From Trichormus sp. ATA11-4-KO1 (GTDB lineage: Bacteria > Cyanobacteriota > Cyanobacteriia > Cyanobacteriales > Nostocaceae), in assembly GCA_019358915.1 (NCBI GenBank), contig JAHHIM010000073.1, forward strand, positions 160,001-224,000: a stretch of 64,000 bases of DNA. The letters are read 5' to 3'. The translations under genes were made by a program, and so were the position numbers. Below, piece after piece: positions 41,928-52,753 of the stretch; within the stretch, counting starts at the first letter, position 1, and every line of letters begins with the position of its first letter. The notes beneath the pieces were generated by a model. That model made no database searches, was not told the origin of the DNA, and saw only the letters and a list, made by a program, of their open reading frames with translations.

Positions 41928-42734
41928 CTAAAAAAATCCCAGGTAGGCAGATAAAATTGCTTCGCCACCAAATAAAGTAATTACGGCTCCTAAAGCGAGA
42001 AAAGGGCCAAAAGGAATTTTTTGTCCGATTCTTTGCCGCGATCGCATCATTGCACCGCCACCTACTAATACACCTACAGCGCAGGCAATAAAACCAGCTA
42101 ACAGCAAATATTTCCAGCCTAACCAAGCTCCCATCATGGCTGCTAATTTGGCATCACCGGCACCCATTGCAGTTTTACCCAAGATCATGGAACCAATATT
42201 AGCGATCGCCTCAAATAGCCATAAGCCTAATACTGCTCCTACGATCCCCATCATCAGGTGATGGATTAATCCCACCCAGCTGTCTTGAAAGAAACCAACA
42301 GCCATTTGAAAAACGATCCCCAGTACTAAACCTGACTGTGTAAGTGGATTGGGCAAAGTCATTGTATCTAAATCAATCAGTGACAAGGCTAGTAACCAGC
42401 TGCAAAATGCCCAATAACCGATTGTCATCATTGAAACTTGAAATACTAAGAATACCAGCAAAAAAATTATGCCCGTTATCGCCTCTACCACAGGATAACG
42501 GGCTGAAATCTTACTTTTGCAATAGCGGCATCGCCCTTTTAACCATATCCATCCCAGCACTGGTATATTATCGTTAGCTTTTAGCTGGTTTAAGCAATGG
42601 GGACAACGCGAAGGCGGCCATAAAATAGATAACCTAGCTGGTAACCGATAAACTACCACATTAATAAAACTGCCAATAGATGCACCCAGCGCGAAGACAA
42701 TGATACTCGCTGGGACGACCATCACAATGTCCAT
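41928..42734 (-). CDS. pilD: Prepilin peptidase
   Basis: GSFINVVVYR, CPHC/CRYC zinc motifs, IDLD, MGAGDAKL, PFGPFL. Confidence 0.93.
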   Translation of the reverse strand: MDIVMVVPASIIVFALGASIGSFINVVVYRLPARLSILWPPSRCPHCLNQLKANDNIPVLGWIWLKGRCRYCKSKISARYPVVEAITGIIFLLVFLVFQVSMMTIGYWAFCSWLLALSLIDLDTMTLPNPLTQSGLVLGIVFQMAVGFFQDSWVGLIHHLMMGIVGAVLGLWLFEAIANIGSMILGKTAMGAGDAKLAAMMGAWLGWKYLLLAGFIACAVGVLVGGGAMMRSRQRIGQKIPFGPFLALGAVITLFGGEAILSAYLGFF

Positions 42735-42828
42735 ATAGTCCTTGTGTCATTTGTTCTGTGTCATTTGTCGTTGATTTTTTCTCTTTTGTCGAGAGTAAAT
42801 CAATCAACTAATGACTAATGACCAACGA

Positions 42829-43146
42829 CTAATACATATGCGATTCAATTTGATTTAACGGTACAAAACATTCTTGCGGCAAAAGTACTGGTTGGTCAGT
42901 AAATATCACTTTACCTCGATGATTCACGCGATTAATTGCTACTCCTGAAGGTTGCCCAGCTATTTCAGGATGTACTTCACAGTGAGTATAGTATATCTGC
43001 CCGGCTGCTCTGATTACGGCTGGATCAATCAAAGGAGACTGGTTTTTGGGGGCAGTAAATTTTGCTTGTTCTTGTCGTAATGCGTACACTATCGACTGCT
43101 GTATATTTGCTAGATTTGTCTCTAGTTTATCTGAAACTTTTGGCAA
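42829..43146 (-). CDS. Conserved hypothetical protein (start uncertain)
   Basis: PLIDPAVIRAA..IY, GVAI, RGKVIF..PVLLPQECFVP; lies between leuB and pilD. Confidence 0.7.
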   Translation of the reverse strand: MPKVSDKLETNLANIQQSIVYALRQEQAKFTAPKNQSPLIDPAVIRAAGQIYYTHCEVHPEIAGQPSGVAINRVNHRGKVIFTDQPVLLPQECFVPLNQIESHMY

Positions 43147-43178
43147 AGGTTGCCAAATTGGCCGATTTAGACGAAAAA

Positions 43179-44267
43179 TTATTCTTTTTCCAGGGTATTA
43201 ATCAATGATTCTCCCATAGCGCGGCAACCTAAAAGATTCATGCCCGTAGACATAATATCCCCTGTGCGATCGCCTTGGGCTAAAACTTGTAATACGGCTT
43301 GTTCGATTTTATCGGCTGCTTGGGGCTGGTTTAAACCGTAGCGTAACATCATCGCCGCACTCAAAACCTGAGCTAAAGGATTAGCTTTATCTTGTCCAGC
43401 GATATCTGGGGCGGAACCGTGGACGGGTTCAAATACGCCAGGCCCAGAAGCGCCTAAACTAGCCGAGGGTAACATCCCAATGCTACCGGTGAGCATAGCA
43501 GCCGCATCCGAGAGGATATCACCAAACAAATTGCCAGTCACAATCGTATCGAATTGTTTGGGAGCGCGTACTAATTGCATAGCAGCATTATCAACATATA
43601 AATGAGATAGTTCCACATCAGGATATTCTTTGGCCAATTGAGTCATGCGATCGCGCCACAATTGAGATACATCTAATACATTGGCTTTATCCACCGAACA
43701 CAGTTTCCTACTACGTTTCCTGGCTGCTTCAAATGCCACTCTCCCAATGCGGTCAATTTCCGACTCAGTGTAAACCATTGTATTCACACCGCGTTTCTCT
43801 CCGGTATCGTTAGTGAATATCCCCTTGGGTTTACCAAAATAAATTCCACCAGTGAGTTCGCGCACTACCATAATATCCACACCTTCCACAACTTCCCGTT
43901 TCAACGTGGAAGCATCAATTAATTGGGGCAAAATTTGGGCTGGACGCAAATTAGCAAATAAACCCAAACCCGCACGTAAACCCAACAAACCTGCTTCTGG
44001 GCGTAAATGAGATGGCAGAGAATCCCACTTATAACCACCAATAGCGGCAAGTAAGACGGCATCACTATTGCGGCAAGTATCTAGAGTAACATCTGGCAAA
44101 GGTTCGCCTGTAGCGTCAATTGCTGCACCACCAATGAGAACTTCTTGAAATTCAAACTCAATATCAAATTGCTTCCCTACGACTTTCAGCACATCTACCG
44201 CCACTGCCATAATTTCAGGGCCAATGCCGTCGCCAGGGAGTAAGGTAATGCGGTAGTTCTGAGTCAT
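43179..44267 (-). CDS. leuB: 3-isopropylmalate dehydrogenase
   Basis: [47 protein letters not shown]. Confidence 0.97.
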   Translation of the reverse strand: MTQNYRITLLPGDGIGPEIMAVAVDVLKVVGKQFDIEFEFQEVLIGGAAIDATGEPLPDVTLDTCRNSDAVLLAAIGGYKWDSLPSHLRPEAGLLGLRAGLGLFANLRPAQILPQLIDASTLKREVVEGVDIMVVRELTGGIYFGKPKGIFTNDTGEKRGVNTMVYTESEIDRIGRVAFEAARKRSRKLCSVDKANVLDVSQLWRDRMTQLAKEYPDVELSHLYVDNAAMQLVRAPKQFDTIVTGNLFGDILSDAAAMLTGSIGMLPSASLGASGPGVFEPVHGSAPDIAGQDKANPLAQVLSAAMMLRYGLNQPQAADKIEQAVLQVLAQGDRTGDIMSTGMNLLGCRAMGESLINTLEKE

Positions 44268-44327
44268 AGTGAGTTTTTACTAAGTAAATGCTTGCAGATT
44301 AAATATCATACCGAGCAAAATGCACCT

Positions 44328-44789
44328 ATGGAGCTTTCAATTTATTTAGATGTATGTTGTTTAAATCGACCGTTCGATGATCAGACACAAGAGAGGATTC
44401 ATTTAGAAGCTGAAGCAGTACAACTGATTCTGGCTCGTTGTCAAAGCGGTGAATGGCAGTTAATTAATAGCGAAGTTATCGAGGACGAACTCGACCAGAC
44501 ACCCACCGAAGAAAGAAAAAGACAAATGATGCTTTGGACTTTTCTCGCAACCACCAAAGTTATGGTTAATGAACAAGTGAAATTTCGCAGTAAAGAATTA
44601 GCTAATCTCGGATTTAAAGCCTTTGATGCTGCTCATATTGCTTGTGCAGAAGCCGGAGAAGCCGATATTTTCTTAACGACTGATGACAGACTATTACGTT
44701 TGGCTGCAAGAAACAGCACCATGCTACAAGTGAGAGTAGAGAACCCGTTACGTTGGGTACTGGAGATTATCAATGATAGACGTGACTAA
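44328..44789 (+). CDS. PIN-domain putative toxin
   Basis: IYLDVCCLNRPFDDQ, DAAHIACAE, FLTTDD, VENP; ATG at 44328 preferred. Confidence 0.88.
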   Translation: MELSIYLDVCCLNRPFDDQTQERIHLEAEAVQLILARCQSGEWQLINSEVIEDELDQTPTEERKRQMMLWTFLATTKVMVNEQVKFRSKELANLGFKAFDAAHIACAEAGEADIFLTTDDRLLRLAARNSTMLQVRVENPLRWVLEIINDRRD

Positions 44790-45000
44790 ACTTTCTCAAG
44801 CTGAGATTAGAAGGCTAGGAATCGAAGCTTTGACAAAAGCTCTTGGGCCTGCTGGCATGGCACGATTTATGCAGCAATTTGAAGTGGGTAGCGGTGATTA
44901 CACGCGACATAGAGATGAAATTTTGAGAAATCCCTCTATCGATGAAATATTTGCTCGAATTGAGGAGCGACGCAAAAAACAGGAGAAAGACGAGAAATAG
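44773..45000 (+). CDS. Small putative antitoxin
   Basis: 75 aa; GIEAL...LG..G..RF..QF..GSGDYT motif; overlaps the PIN gene. Confidence 0.75.
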   Translation: MIDVTKLSQAEIRRLGIEALTKALGPAGMARFMQQFEVGSGDYTRHRDEILRNPSIDEIFARIEERRKKQEKDEK

Positions 45001-45015
45001 ACAAGCTGTAAACGG

Positions 45016-45053
45016 TAGCGATTATCAAAACTTGAAAATCCAGATAATCGCTA
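45016..45053. terminator. Inverted repeat after the PIN pair
   Basis: TAGCGATTATC (45016-45026) / GATAATCGCTA (45043-45053). Confidence 0.5.
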
Positions 45054-45185
45054 TTCCCCACTCCCTGCCTAAGTTACTATTTTTGAGTACAATCTAGGTA
45101 TCAGTTGCAATTTCGGAAACGAGACTGACAACATCTGTATCCAAAAGCTAGGTTAGTGTTTAATCAACAACCGCCCCTAGCAGGT

Positions 45186-46136
45186 ATGGTAAGAGAATTA
45201 GCAATTTCCACCCGTGGACTCACGAAGCAGTTTGAGCGACACGTTGCCGTTAACGACGTTGATTTAGAAATCCAACAGGGTGAAGTATACGGTTTGATTG
45301 GGCCCAATGGCGCAGGTAAAACAACTCTCATCCGGATGTTGGCAGCAGCTGAGGAACCAACTACGGGTGAGATTTATATTAATGGCGATCGCCTGCGTCG
45401 TGACAAGAGTAACCCTACTCTCAAACGTCGTCTAGGCTACTTACCCGATGACTATCCACTGTATGAGGAGTTGACAGTCTGGGACTATCTAGATTATTTT
45501 GCTCGGCTGTATCGTTTGCGGGAACCACACCGCACTCAACGCTTACATGAAGTTTTAGAACTGATTCAATTGGGTAATAAACGTCACAGCCTGATTTCTA
45601 CCCTGTCGCGGGGGATGAAACAGCGCTTGAGTTTAGCGCGGACTATTATTCATGAACCGATTTTACTGCTACTAGATGAACCTGTATCTGGACTTGACCC
45701 CATAGCCAGGATGCAATTCCGCGAAATTATCAAGGCGTTGCAAGAAGCAGGGATGACAATTTTAATTTCTTCCCACGTCCTCAGCGACTTAGCAGAACTG
45801 TGTACCTCTGTGGGGATTATGGAACTTGGTTTCCTGGTGGAAAGTGCTTCACTCAAACAACTTTATCAGCGTCTTGCTCGGCAGCAAATTTTAGTATCTA
45901 CCCTCGGTAATTTAGAAACCCTTGTAGATGAACTGAAAAATCAACCGTTGGTGGAAGAGTTACAGGTAATTTCTGGAAAAAATAGTGTGCGTTTGAACTT
46001 TTCTGGCAAAGAAGAAGATAGTGCTGAATTATTGCGATCGCTCATTCATTCTGGCATTTCCGTAACTGATTTTCACTGTACTCAAGAAGATTTAGAAACT
46101 ATTTTCTTGAAATTAGGACACAAACAGGCTTCTTGA
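45186..46136 (+). CDS. ABC transporter ATP-binding protein (exporter type)
   Basis: GPNGAGKTT, LSRGMKQR, LLLDEP, SSH. Confidence 0.93.
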   Translation: MVRELAISTRGLTKQFERHVAVNDVDLEIQQGEVYGLIGPNGAGKTTLIRMLAAAEEPTTGEIYINGDRLRRDKSNPTLKRRLGYLPDDYPLYEELTVWDYLDYFARLYRLREPHRTQRLHEVLELIQLGNKRHSLISTLSRGMKQRLSLARTIIHEPILLLLDEPVSGLDPIARMQFREIIKALQEAGMTILISSHVLSDLAELCTSVGIMELGFLVESASLKQLYQRLARQQILVSTLGNLETLVDELKNQPLVEELQVISGKNSVRLNFSGKEEDSAELLRSLIHSGISVTDFHCTQEDLETIFLKLGHKQAS

Positions 46137-46213
46137 TTAGTGAAGTTGAATAATTCGACATTTACCACAGTAGGGTTCTATCCCCGTATTATATTTTTGG
46201 AGAGTTTGAAATT

Positions 46214-47917
46214 ATGAAATCTAACTTGATACATCAACTAGGCGATTGGAATCCTCAACTGTTACGAGAAGTTAAGGGTCGTTTTAAAATACGCAACATT
46301 CTGCTAGCAATTGGTATTTCTTTAATGGGGCAATTTATACTATTAATTTCTGCCCAATCTAGACTACCTTCTAACGTTACGTTATTGTATGATTCCTCTC
46401 ACAAATATTGCACAGGTAAATTATTAGATAGAGTACCAAAATGTCTAGGAGATGAATTAGGTAATGTGATTATTAACTGGCAATTATGGTCTCTAGATGT
46501 ATTTACTTGGCTAAGTATTATTAGCTGTTTTGCTTTTTTAGCTGGGGGAACATATTTATTAATTAGTGATTTAGCTACTGAAGAACGGCGTGATACACTC
46601 AATTTTATTCGCCTGAGTCCCCAATCACCCCAAAATATTTTATGGGGAAAAATGCTAGGGGTTCCTATTTTGTTGTATCTGGTTTCCCTGGTGGCAATTC
46701 CTTTACATCTATGGTTAGGGTTGACGGCTAAAATTCCTTTAAGTATGATTTTAAGTTTTTATGCAGTAATGCTTACTGCTAGCTTTTTCTACTACAGTGG
46801 TGCATTACTTTTTAGCTTAGTCGGTTCTTGGTTAGGTGGTTTTCAAGCTTGGTTAGGAAGTGGTACAGTTTTGGGATTTCTCATTTTCTCTAGCGAAATG
46901 CTAAATCATAATGTAGCATCTGACAATCCATTAGTTGTCTTGAAGTTGATTAATCCTTGTTATTTAGTACCACATGCTTACGTTAGTTCCATGTACTCAT
47001 TAGATAATCCACTATTAAGCAAATTCCATTGGTTTGCTGTGCCAATAGGAGCGATGTTTTTAGCTACAGTCTGCTTTGCTATGCTAATTTATGGCATTGG
47101 CTCATACTTTTTTTGGCAATCATTGCAGCGTTGTTTTCGTGATTCTCATAGTACGATGTTAAGTAAGCAGCAGAGTTATATACTAACTCTTTGTTTTGCT
47201 GTTATTACTATAGGATGCGCTAATTGGCAAATTTTAGTTTTTGGTCAGTATTCTAATTCTGGTACAATGGCTGAAAATATAACTGGCCTATTATTTTTGA
47301 ACTTTGGGCTATTTTTATACTTAATTGCTGCTCTCAATCCTCATCGGCAAACGTTACAAGATTGGGCACGTTATCGACATAGTTATCATTTTGAAAAATT
47401 GGGGAATAGAAGCTTAATCCAGGATTTAATTTGGGGTGAGAAAAGCCCAGGAATTTTAGCGATCGCCATTAATGCCATGATCGCAATTAGCTGTTTGAGT
47501 ATATTCACATTAGCCTCACAAGTTAATGATGATCACAAAAGTTATGCCTTTATCTCTCTTGTCTTTGCAGGTAGTTTAGCTGTCATTTATGCAGCCTTGG
47601 TGCAACTACTTTTATTAATGAAAAACGAGCATAGATTATTCTGGACGACTGGCGTGTTAGGTGCAGTAATTGTATTACCACCAATCATCTTAGCTATATT
47701 ATTTTCTCACCCTGGAAATAACTCTTTTATCTGGCTATTTTCAGTAATTTCACCATTGATGGTTTTGTATCCTTCAGGAAACTATATGACAACAATGACT
47801 CCTTACATAGCAATTCTTAGTCATCTAACAATTCTGGGATTATTAGTATTCCAACTAACGCGGATTTTGAGAAAAGCAGGTGAATCGGCTACAAAAGCAA
47901 TGGTTGTAGGAAATTAA
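46214..47917 (+). CDS. ABC-2-type permease-like membrane protein
   Basis: WNPQLLRE, EERRDTLNFIRLSP..GKMLG; many TM helices; follows the ATPase gene. Confidence 0.8.
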   Translation: MKSNLIHQLGDWNPQLLREVKGRFKIRNILLAIGISLMGQFILLISAQSRLPSNVTLLYDSSHKYCTGKLLDRVPKCLGDELGNVIINWQLWSLDVFTWLSIISCFAFLAGGTYLLISDLATEERRDTLNFIRLSPQSPQNILWGKMLGVPILLYLVSLVAIPLHLWLGLTAKIPLSMILSFYAVMLTASFFYYSGALLFSLVGSWLGGFQAWLGSGTVLGFLIFSSEMLNHNVASDNPLVVLKLINPCYLVPHAYVSSMYSLDNPLLSKFHWFAVPIGAMFLATVCFAMLIYGIGSYFFWQSLQRCFRDSHSTMLSKQQSYILTLCFAVITIGCANWQILVFGQYSNSGTMAENITGLLFLNFGLFLYLIAALNPHRQTLQDWARYRHSYHFEKLGNRSLIQDLIWGEKSPGILAIAINAMIAISCLSIFTLASQVNDDHKSYAFISLVFAGSLAVIYAALVQLLLLMKNEHRLFWTTGVLGAVIVLPPIILAILFSHPGNNSFIWLFSVISPLMVLYPSGNYMTTMTPYIAILSHLTILGLLVFQLTRILRKAGESATKAMVVGN

Positions 47918-47922
47918 GGTTT

Positions 47923-47956
47923 GTAGTGAGCGCTTTAGCGCTAAAGCGCTCACTAC
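47923..47956. repeat. Perfect 34-bp palindrome (collapsed REP doublet)
   Basis: GTAGTGAGCGCTTTAGC|GCTAAAGCGCTCACTAC; related single unit at 28024-28043. Confidence 0.85.
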
Positions 47957-47998
47957 GAGCCAAAATTATATATAGCCAGTATTTACTGCCAGTCAATC

Positions 47999-48754
47999 AT
48001 GCAACAAAATAATCCAATTGCTGTTGAATTTCGCCATGTGACTTTTAGCCGTAACCATCGCCCTTTAGTATCTAATCTTAATTTTGCTATCCATCAGGGA
48101 GAAGCCTTAGTATTACTCGGACGCAGTGGTAGTGGCAAAACTACAACCATGAAATTAATCAATCGCCTACTTACACCTACCCAAGGTGAAGTTTTATTTG
48201 ATGGCATTCCTACAACTCAATGGCATGAAATTCAACTGCGGCGTAAAATTGGTTATGTCATTCAAGAAACTGGTTTGTTTCCCCATTTCACAGTAGAACG
48301 CAATGTGGGTTTAGTCCCGGCTTTGGAAGGTTGGCAACCAAAACAAATTAAAGCGCGAGTGTATGAGTTGTTACAATTGGTAGGCTTAGATCCAGCGCAA
48401 TTTGCGGGACGTTATCCTCATGAACTGTCGGGAGGACAGAAGCAACGGGTGGGTGTCGCTAGGGCATTGGCAGCTGATCCGCCTGTATTATTGATGGATG
48501 AACCGTTTGGCGCACTTGATCCCATCACGCGCTTAGAACTGCAACAAGAGTTTCAGCGCTTACAACGAGAATTAGGTAAGACAGTGGTGTTTGTCACCCA
48601 TGATATTCAAGAAGCCTTTGTTTTAGCTTCGCGAATTGGTTTAATGTATGAGGGAGAATTGGTAGTATTGGGGACAAAAGATGAATTTATGCGAGCGCCA
48701 CATCCAGAAAGTTTAGCTTTTCTTGAATGTCTGCGTTCTCTAGACAATATATGA
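47999..48754 (+). CDS. Osmoprotectant ABC transporter ATP-binding protein
   Basis: GRSGSGKTT, IGYVIQ..GLFPH, LSGGQ, LMDEPFGALDP. Confidence 0.9.
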   Translation: MQQNNPIAVEFRHVTFSRNHRPLVSNLNFAIHQGEALVLLGRSGSGKTTTMKLINRLLTPTQGEVLFDGIPTTQWHEIQLRRKIGYVIQETGLFPHFTVERNVGLVPALEGWQPKQIKARVYELLQLVGLDPAQFAGRYPHELSGGQKQRVGVARALAADPPVLLMDEPFGALDPITRLELQQEFQRLQRELGKTVVFVTHDIQEAFVLASRIGLMYEGELVVLGTKDEFMRAPHPESLAFLECLRSLDNI

Positions 48755-49383
48755 ACGATTTTTTCCTCATCAAGTATGGCCCGGAAATCCTCCGGCATAC
48801 TCTAGAACATTTATTTATGGTGAGTATTGCGATCGCCACTGCTACACTCATCGGTATTCCTTTAGGTATTTTAATTACCCGCCAAACTCATCTACGTCAA
48901 CCTGTTCTCGGTATTGCCAATATTCTGCAAACTATCCCCAGTTTGGCTTTATTTGGCTTACTAATTCCCGTTCCCATAATTGGTGGTATTGGTGTTGTCC
49001 CGGCTATTGTGGCTTTAACTGTATACTCTTTTCTGCCGATAATTCGCAATACTTATACAGGTATTACAGGGGTAGATCCAGCAATTCGGGAAGCTGGCAA
49101 AGGTATGGGTATGACAGATAGACAGTTGTTGTTACAGGTGGAGATTCCCTTGGCTATGGGAGTAATTTTGGCAGGTGTGCGGGTAGCCACAGTGATTGCT
49201 ATCGGTATTGCAACTATTGCTGCTGCTATTGGTGCTGGTGGTTTGGGTGTGTTTATTTTTCGGGGAATTGCCGTGGTAAATAATCAATTAATTTTAGCTG
49301 GGGCCGTACCGGCGGCAATTATTGCTTTAATTGCTGATTTGGGTATTGGTTGGCTGGAGAGAAAATTAAAAATTAAAAATTAA
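48751..49383 (+). CDS. Osmoprotectant ABC transporter permease
   Basis: QTIPSLAL, EAGKGMGMT, IGAGGLG; ATGA overlap with the ATPase. Confidence 0.9.
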   Translation: MNDFFLIKYGPEILRHTLEHLFMVSIAIATATLIGIPLGILITRQTHLRQPVLGIANILQTIPSLALFGLLIPVPIIGGIGVVPAIVALTVYSFLPIIRNTYTGITGVDPAIREAGKGMGMTDRQLLLQVEIPLAMGVILAGVRVATVIAIGIATIAAAIGAGGLGVFIFRGIAVVNNQLILAGAVPAAIIALIADLGIGWLERKLKIKN

Positions 49384-49434
49384 AAAACTTGTAAGCAAGA
49401 TACTAACTGCAAGAATTTTAATTAGTAGAAAATT

Positions 49435-50334
49435 ATGAAGAAATTATTTTTATTTTTCTTGTTAAGTTTTGTATTGGCAGTGGCGATCGCTGGTTGTAAT
49501 TTTAGTACAAATATTACTAGTCGCGGTGATATTGTTGTTGCTTCTAAAGATTTTACTGAACAAGATATTTTAGGTGAACTTTTAGCCCAACAAATTGAAA
49601 ATACTACTAATTTAACAGTTGCGCGGCGTCCCCGATTGGGTGGTTCTTTTGTCTGTCACAATGCTATTCTTGTTGGACAAATTGATGCTTATATTGAGTA
49701 TACAGGTACAGCGTTTACTGGCATTTTAAAACAACAAGCAATTAATGATCCAAAAGTAGTTCATGAAAAGTTAAAACAGGCATACGCCCAACAATTTAAT
49801 TTAGAAGTGATGCCTAGTTTGGGTTTTGAAAATACTTTTGCGATGATTGTCCGGGGTGAAGATGCTAAACGCTACAATATTCAAACTCTTTCAGATGCCG
49901 CTAATTATACACCTCAATGGCGTGGCGGTTTTGGCTACGAATTTTTAGAACGGCAAGATGGTTTTCCAGGATTAGCTAAAACCTATAATTTAAGTTTTGC
50001 CAAACCACCCCAAATTATGGACTTGGGTTTGATATATCGAGCATTGATTCAAAAACAAGTTGATATGATTGCAGGTAATTCCACAGATGGGCAAATATCC
50101 CGTCTGGGTTTAGTTGTACTAAAGGATGATAAAAAATATTTTCCACCGTATGAAGCAGCGCCGATTGTTCGACAAGAAACTTTAAATAAATATCCGCAAT
50201 TAAGAAATGCCATCAATCAAATTACTGGCAAGATTACAGCCGATGAAATGCGACAGTTAAACTATTTAGTTGAAGGTGAATTACAGGATATTAAAGATGT
50301 TGTGCGTGAGTTTCGCAAATCTAAGGGATTGTAA
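49435..50334 (+). CDS. Glycine betaine/osmoprotectant ABC substrate-binding lipoprotein
   Basis: Lipobox IAGC, SKDFTEQ, YIEYTGT, DDKKYFPPY. Confidence 0.9.
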   Translation: MKKLFLFFLLSFVLAVAIAGCNFSTNITSRGDIVVASKDFTEQDILGELLAQQIENTTNLTVARRPRLGGSFVCHNAILVGQIDAYIEYTGTAFTGILKQQAINDPKVVHEKLKQAYAQQFNLEVMPSLGFENTFAMIVRGEDAKRYNIQTLSDAANYTPQWRGGFGYEFLERQDGFPGLAKTYNLSFAKPPQIMDLGLIYRALIQKQVDMIAGNSTDGQISRLGLVVLKDDKKYFPPYEAAPIVRQETLNKYPQLRNAINQITGKITADEMRQLNYLVEGELQDIKDVVREFRKSKGL

Positions 50335-50431
50335 AAAATAATTCTTTTCATGAAGGTAGAAGGGAACCCACGCTTAAAAATGTGGGATTGAAACATGGCA
50401 ACACAACAGTCGATACAATGTACCTCTAGGA

Positions 50432-52261
50432 GTGAAATATCAACCAAAAGTTATAAACATGCAGATTTTTGCTAAATCCAAACGCTTAGTTATCGCAGTC
50501 TTTTCCTTCAGTGTCATAGTTTACAGCCAAGTCGCATCAGCTACCTTGACTGTACCTCTACGCAGCAAAAGAGGGATGGTGGTTTCAGCGCATCCCCTAG
50601 CGAGTGATGCGGGAATTTCCATGTTACGTAAGGGTGGCAATGCCATTGATGCAGCTGTAGCTACCACTTTTGCTATTTCTGTAGTCGAGCCTTTTTCGGC
50701 AGGAATTGGCGGTGGTGGATTTTTACTCATGCATTCTGGAAAAACTGGCGAAATCAAAGCGTTGGATTTTCGCGAACGCGCACCTCTCAAAGCGACAAAA
50801 GATATGTATTTAGATGCAGCAGGAAAGGTGCGTCCCAATGCCAGTGTCAATGGTTATTTGGCAGTGGCGACACCAGGAACGGTAGCGGGAATGTATGAAG
50901 TGCATCGGCGTTATGGTAAGCTGCCTTGGCAAGAAGTAGTAAAACCTGCGATCGCATTAGCTAAAAATGGCTTTATTGTCAGTCGTGTAGCGTCTCCCCG
51001 TTTTCGCAAAGATGCACTTCTCCAGCATCCCGCAGCACGGGAAATTTTCACTCGTGACGGCAATTTTTATCAACCAGGGGAAAGGCTGGTGCAGAGTGAC
51101 TTGGCACAGACTTTAACAACTATTTCCCAGAATCCCCAAAGTTTCTACACTGGCAGTATTGCTCAGGCGATCGCTGCTGATATGGCAAAAAATGATGGTT
51201 TAATTACCTTAGCAGACCTGAAAGCCTACAAACCCATCTGGCGGACTCCCGTTTGTGGGAACTTCCGCCAAGCGAAAATCTGCTCAATGCCACCACCTTC
51301 ATCGGGAGGTGTTCATCTATTGCAGATGTTAAATATTATTGGTGAGACTGATTTGTCATCTTTAGGATGGCATCATCCCGATGCTTTGCATTTAATGATA
51401 GAAGCAATGAAGATTGCTTATGCAGATCGCTCAGAATATTTAGGCGATCCAGATTTTGTTAAAGTTCCTGTACAACAACTTATCAGCCCAGCCTACGCCG
51501 AAAAACGTCGTCAAGAAATTGATATGGAAATGGCTAAACCGTCAAGTAATGTGCAGCCAGTAGATCGGCAGACATTACAGCGATTTAGTCAAGTTGATAG
51601 GCAAATGAGGAGGTGGGGAGAAATCATCACTCCCCAAGCTCAACCCAAATTGCCGATTAAGTCAAGTACAAGCAGCGAATCTCCGGAAACCAGTCATCTG
51701 ACCGTTGTTGATGAGCAACATAACGCCGTGAGTCTCACATTCACAATTAATCTGGGCTTTGGGGCTAGTGTGGTGACACCGGGAACAGGGATTGTCCTCA
51801 ACAACGAGATGGATGATTTTGCTGCTGCGCCGGGAGTGCCGAATGCTTTTGGTTTGGTGGGTAATGAAGCCAACAGCATTGCACCCCGCAAGACTCCCCT
51901 ATCGAGTATGACTCCGACAATTATTACGGAGAATGGCCGCCTGCGGATGGTGGTGGGTACGCCTGGGGGTAGCACCATCATCACTCAGGTACTGCAAATT
52001 ATCCTGAATGTGCTGGTATACAACATGGATGTTGGTGCTGCTGTTTCTGTCTCACGCATACATCATCAGTGGTTACCTGATACCTTGGCTGTGGAACCTT
52101 GGGGTTTGGATGCTCTAACTCTGCAAGACTTACGCCGTCGCGGACACAAGATTACAGAAGTTAATCCGTGGGGTAATGCTAACGCGATCGCCATCACCGC
52201 AGATGGAGAATTAGCAGGAGCAGCAGATCCTCGTGGTGAAGGTTCCCCCAGAGGTTTGTAA
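50432..52261 (+). CDS. ggt: Gamma-glutamyltransferase (start may be 50459)
   Basis: GGNAIDAA, GIGGGGF, DFRERAP, autoprocessing ETSH, NNEMDDF, LSSMTP, GTPGG. Confidence 0.95.
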   Translation: MKYQPKVINMQIFAKSKRLVIAVFSFSVIVYSQVASATLTVPLRSKRGMVVSAHPLASDAGISMLRKGGNAIDAAVATTFAISVVEPFSAGIGGGGFLLMHSGKTGEIKALDFRERAPLKATKDMYLDAAGKVRPNASVNGYLAVATPGTVAGMYEVHRRYGKLPWQEVVKPAIALAKNGFIVSRVASPRFRKDALLQHPAAREIFTRDGNFYQPGERLVQSDLAQTLTTISQNPQSFYTGSIAQAIAADMAKNDGLITLADLKAYKPIWRTPVCGNFRQAKICSMPPPSSGGVHLLQMLNIIGETDLSSLGWHHPDALHLMIEAMKIAYADRSEYLGDPDFVKVPVQQLISPAYAEKRRQEIDMEMAKPSSNVQPVDRQTLQRFSQVDRQMRRWGEIITPQAQPKLPIKSSTSSESPETSHLTVVDEQHNAVSLTFTINLGFGASVVTPGTGIVLNNEMDDFAAAPGVPNAFGLVGNEANSIAPRKTPLSSMTPTIITENGRLRMVVGTPGGSTIITQVLQIILNVLVYNMDVGAAVSVSRIHHQWLPDTLAVEPWGLDALTLQDLRRRGHKITEVNPWGNANAIAITADGELAGAADPRGEGSPRGL

Positions 52262-52262
52262 A

Positions 52263-52526
52263 CTATTGATTTTGCAGTCTTGACTCGGCATAGCTGCTGC
52301 TACTAAACTCGTTTGCCCGTGCGCTATGTACTAAAGTCCAGCCTGCTTTGAGAAGCTTTTGATAAGTTGCCCAACCTTTAGAACCACCAGGAATTTGATA
52401 ATCTGGTACTGCATATTGGGGAAAAGCTGTGTAGGGACGCCAAGGTTGATTAGGCGCAGCTTGCAAATGCAGAATTTTCTCTCCATCGCTGCCATACTTA
52501 GATAACCAGCACATTTGTCGATGCAT
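52263..52526 (-). CDS. Conserved small hypothetical protein
   Basis: MHRQMCWLSK...PWRPYTAFP..SKGWATYQKLLKAGW; ATG at 52526. Confidence 0.75.
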   Translation of the reverse strand: MHRQMCWLSKYGSDGEKILHLQAAPNQPWRPYTAFPQYAVPDYQIPGGSKGWATYQKLLKAGWTLVHSARANEFSSSSYAESRLQNQ

Positions 52527-52753
52527 GGTAAACTCCTTTGCGTTTCGCTTAATTTGCATATTGGCAGAAATTTGTCAATACCTGCCTCAGCCTTGTGAGA
52601 TAATTTTTAATCTACCCAGTATGTGTGAGCCGAACTACAAACTAACACAGCACAATTACTTAATTACCAATAAGGCATTTAAACGGCTTCCTGTAGGATA
52701 CAAAAATCAACCAGCGTCATTCCATTACTTACCCTGAGGGCAAGTTTTTTCTC

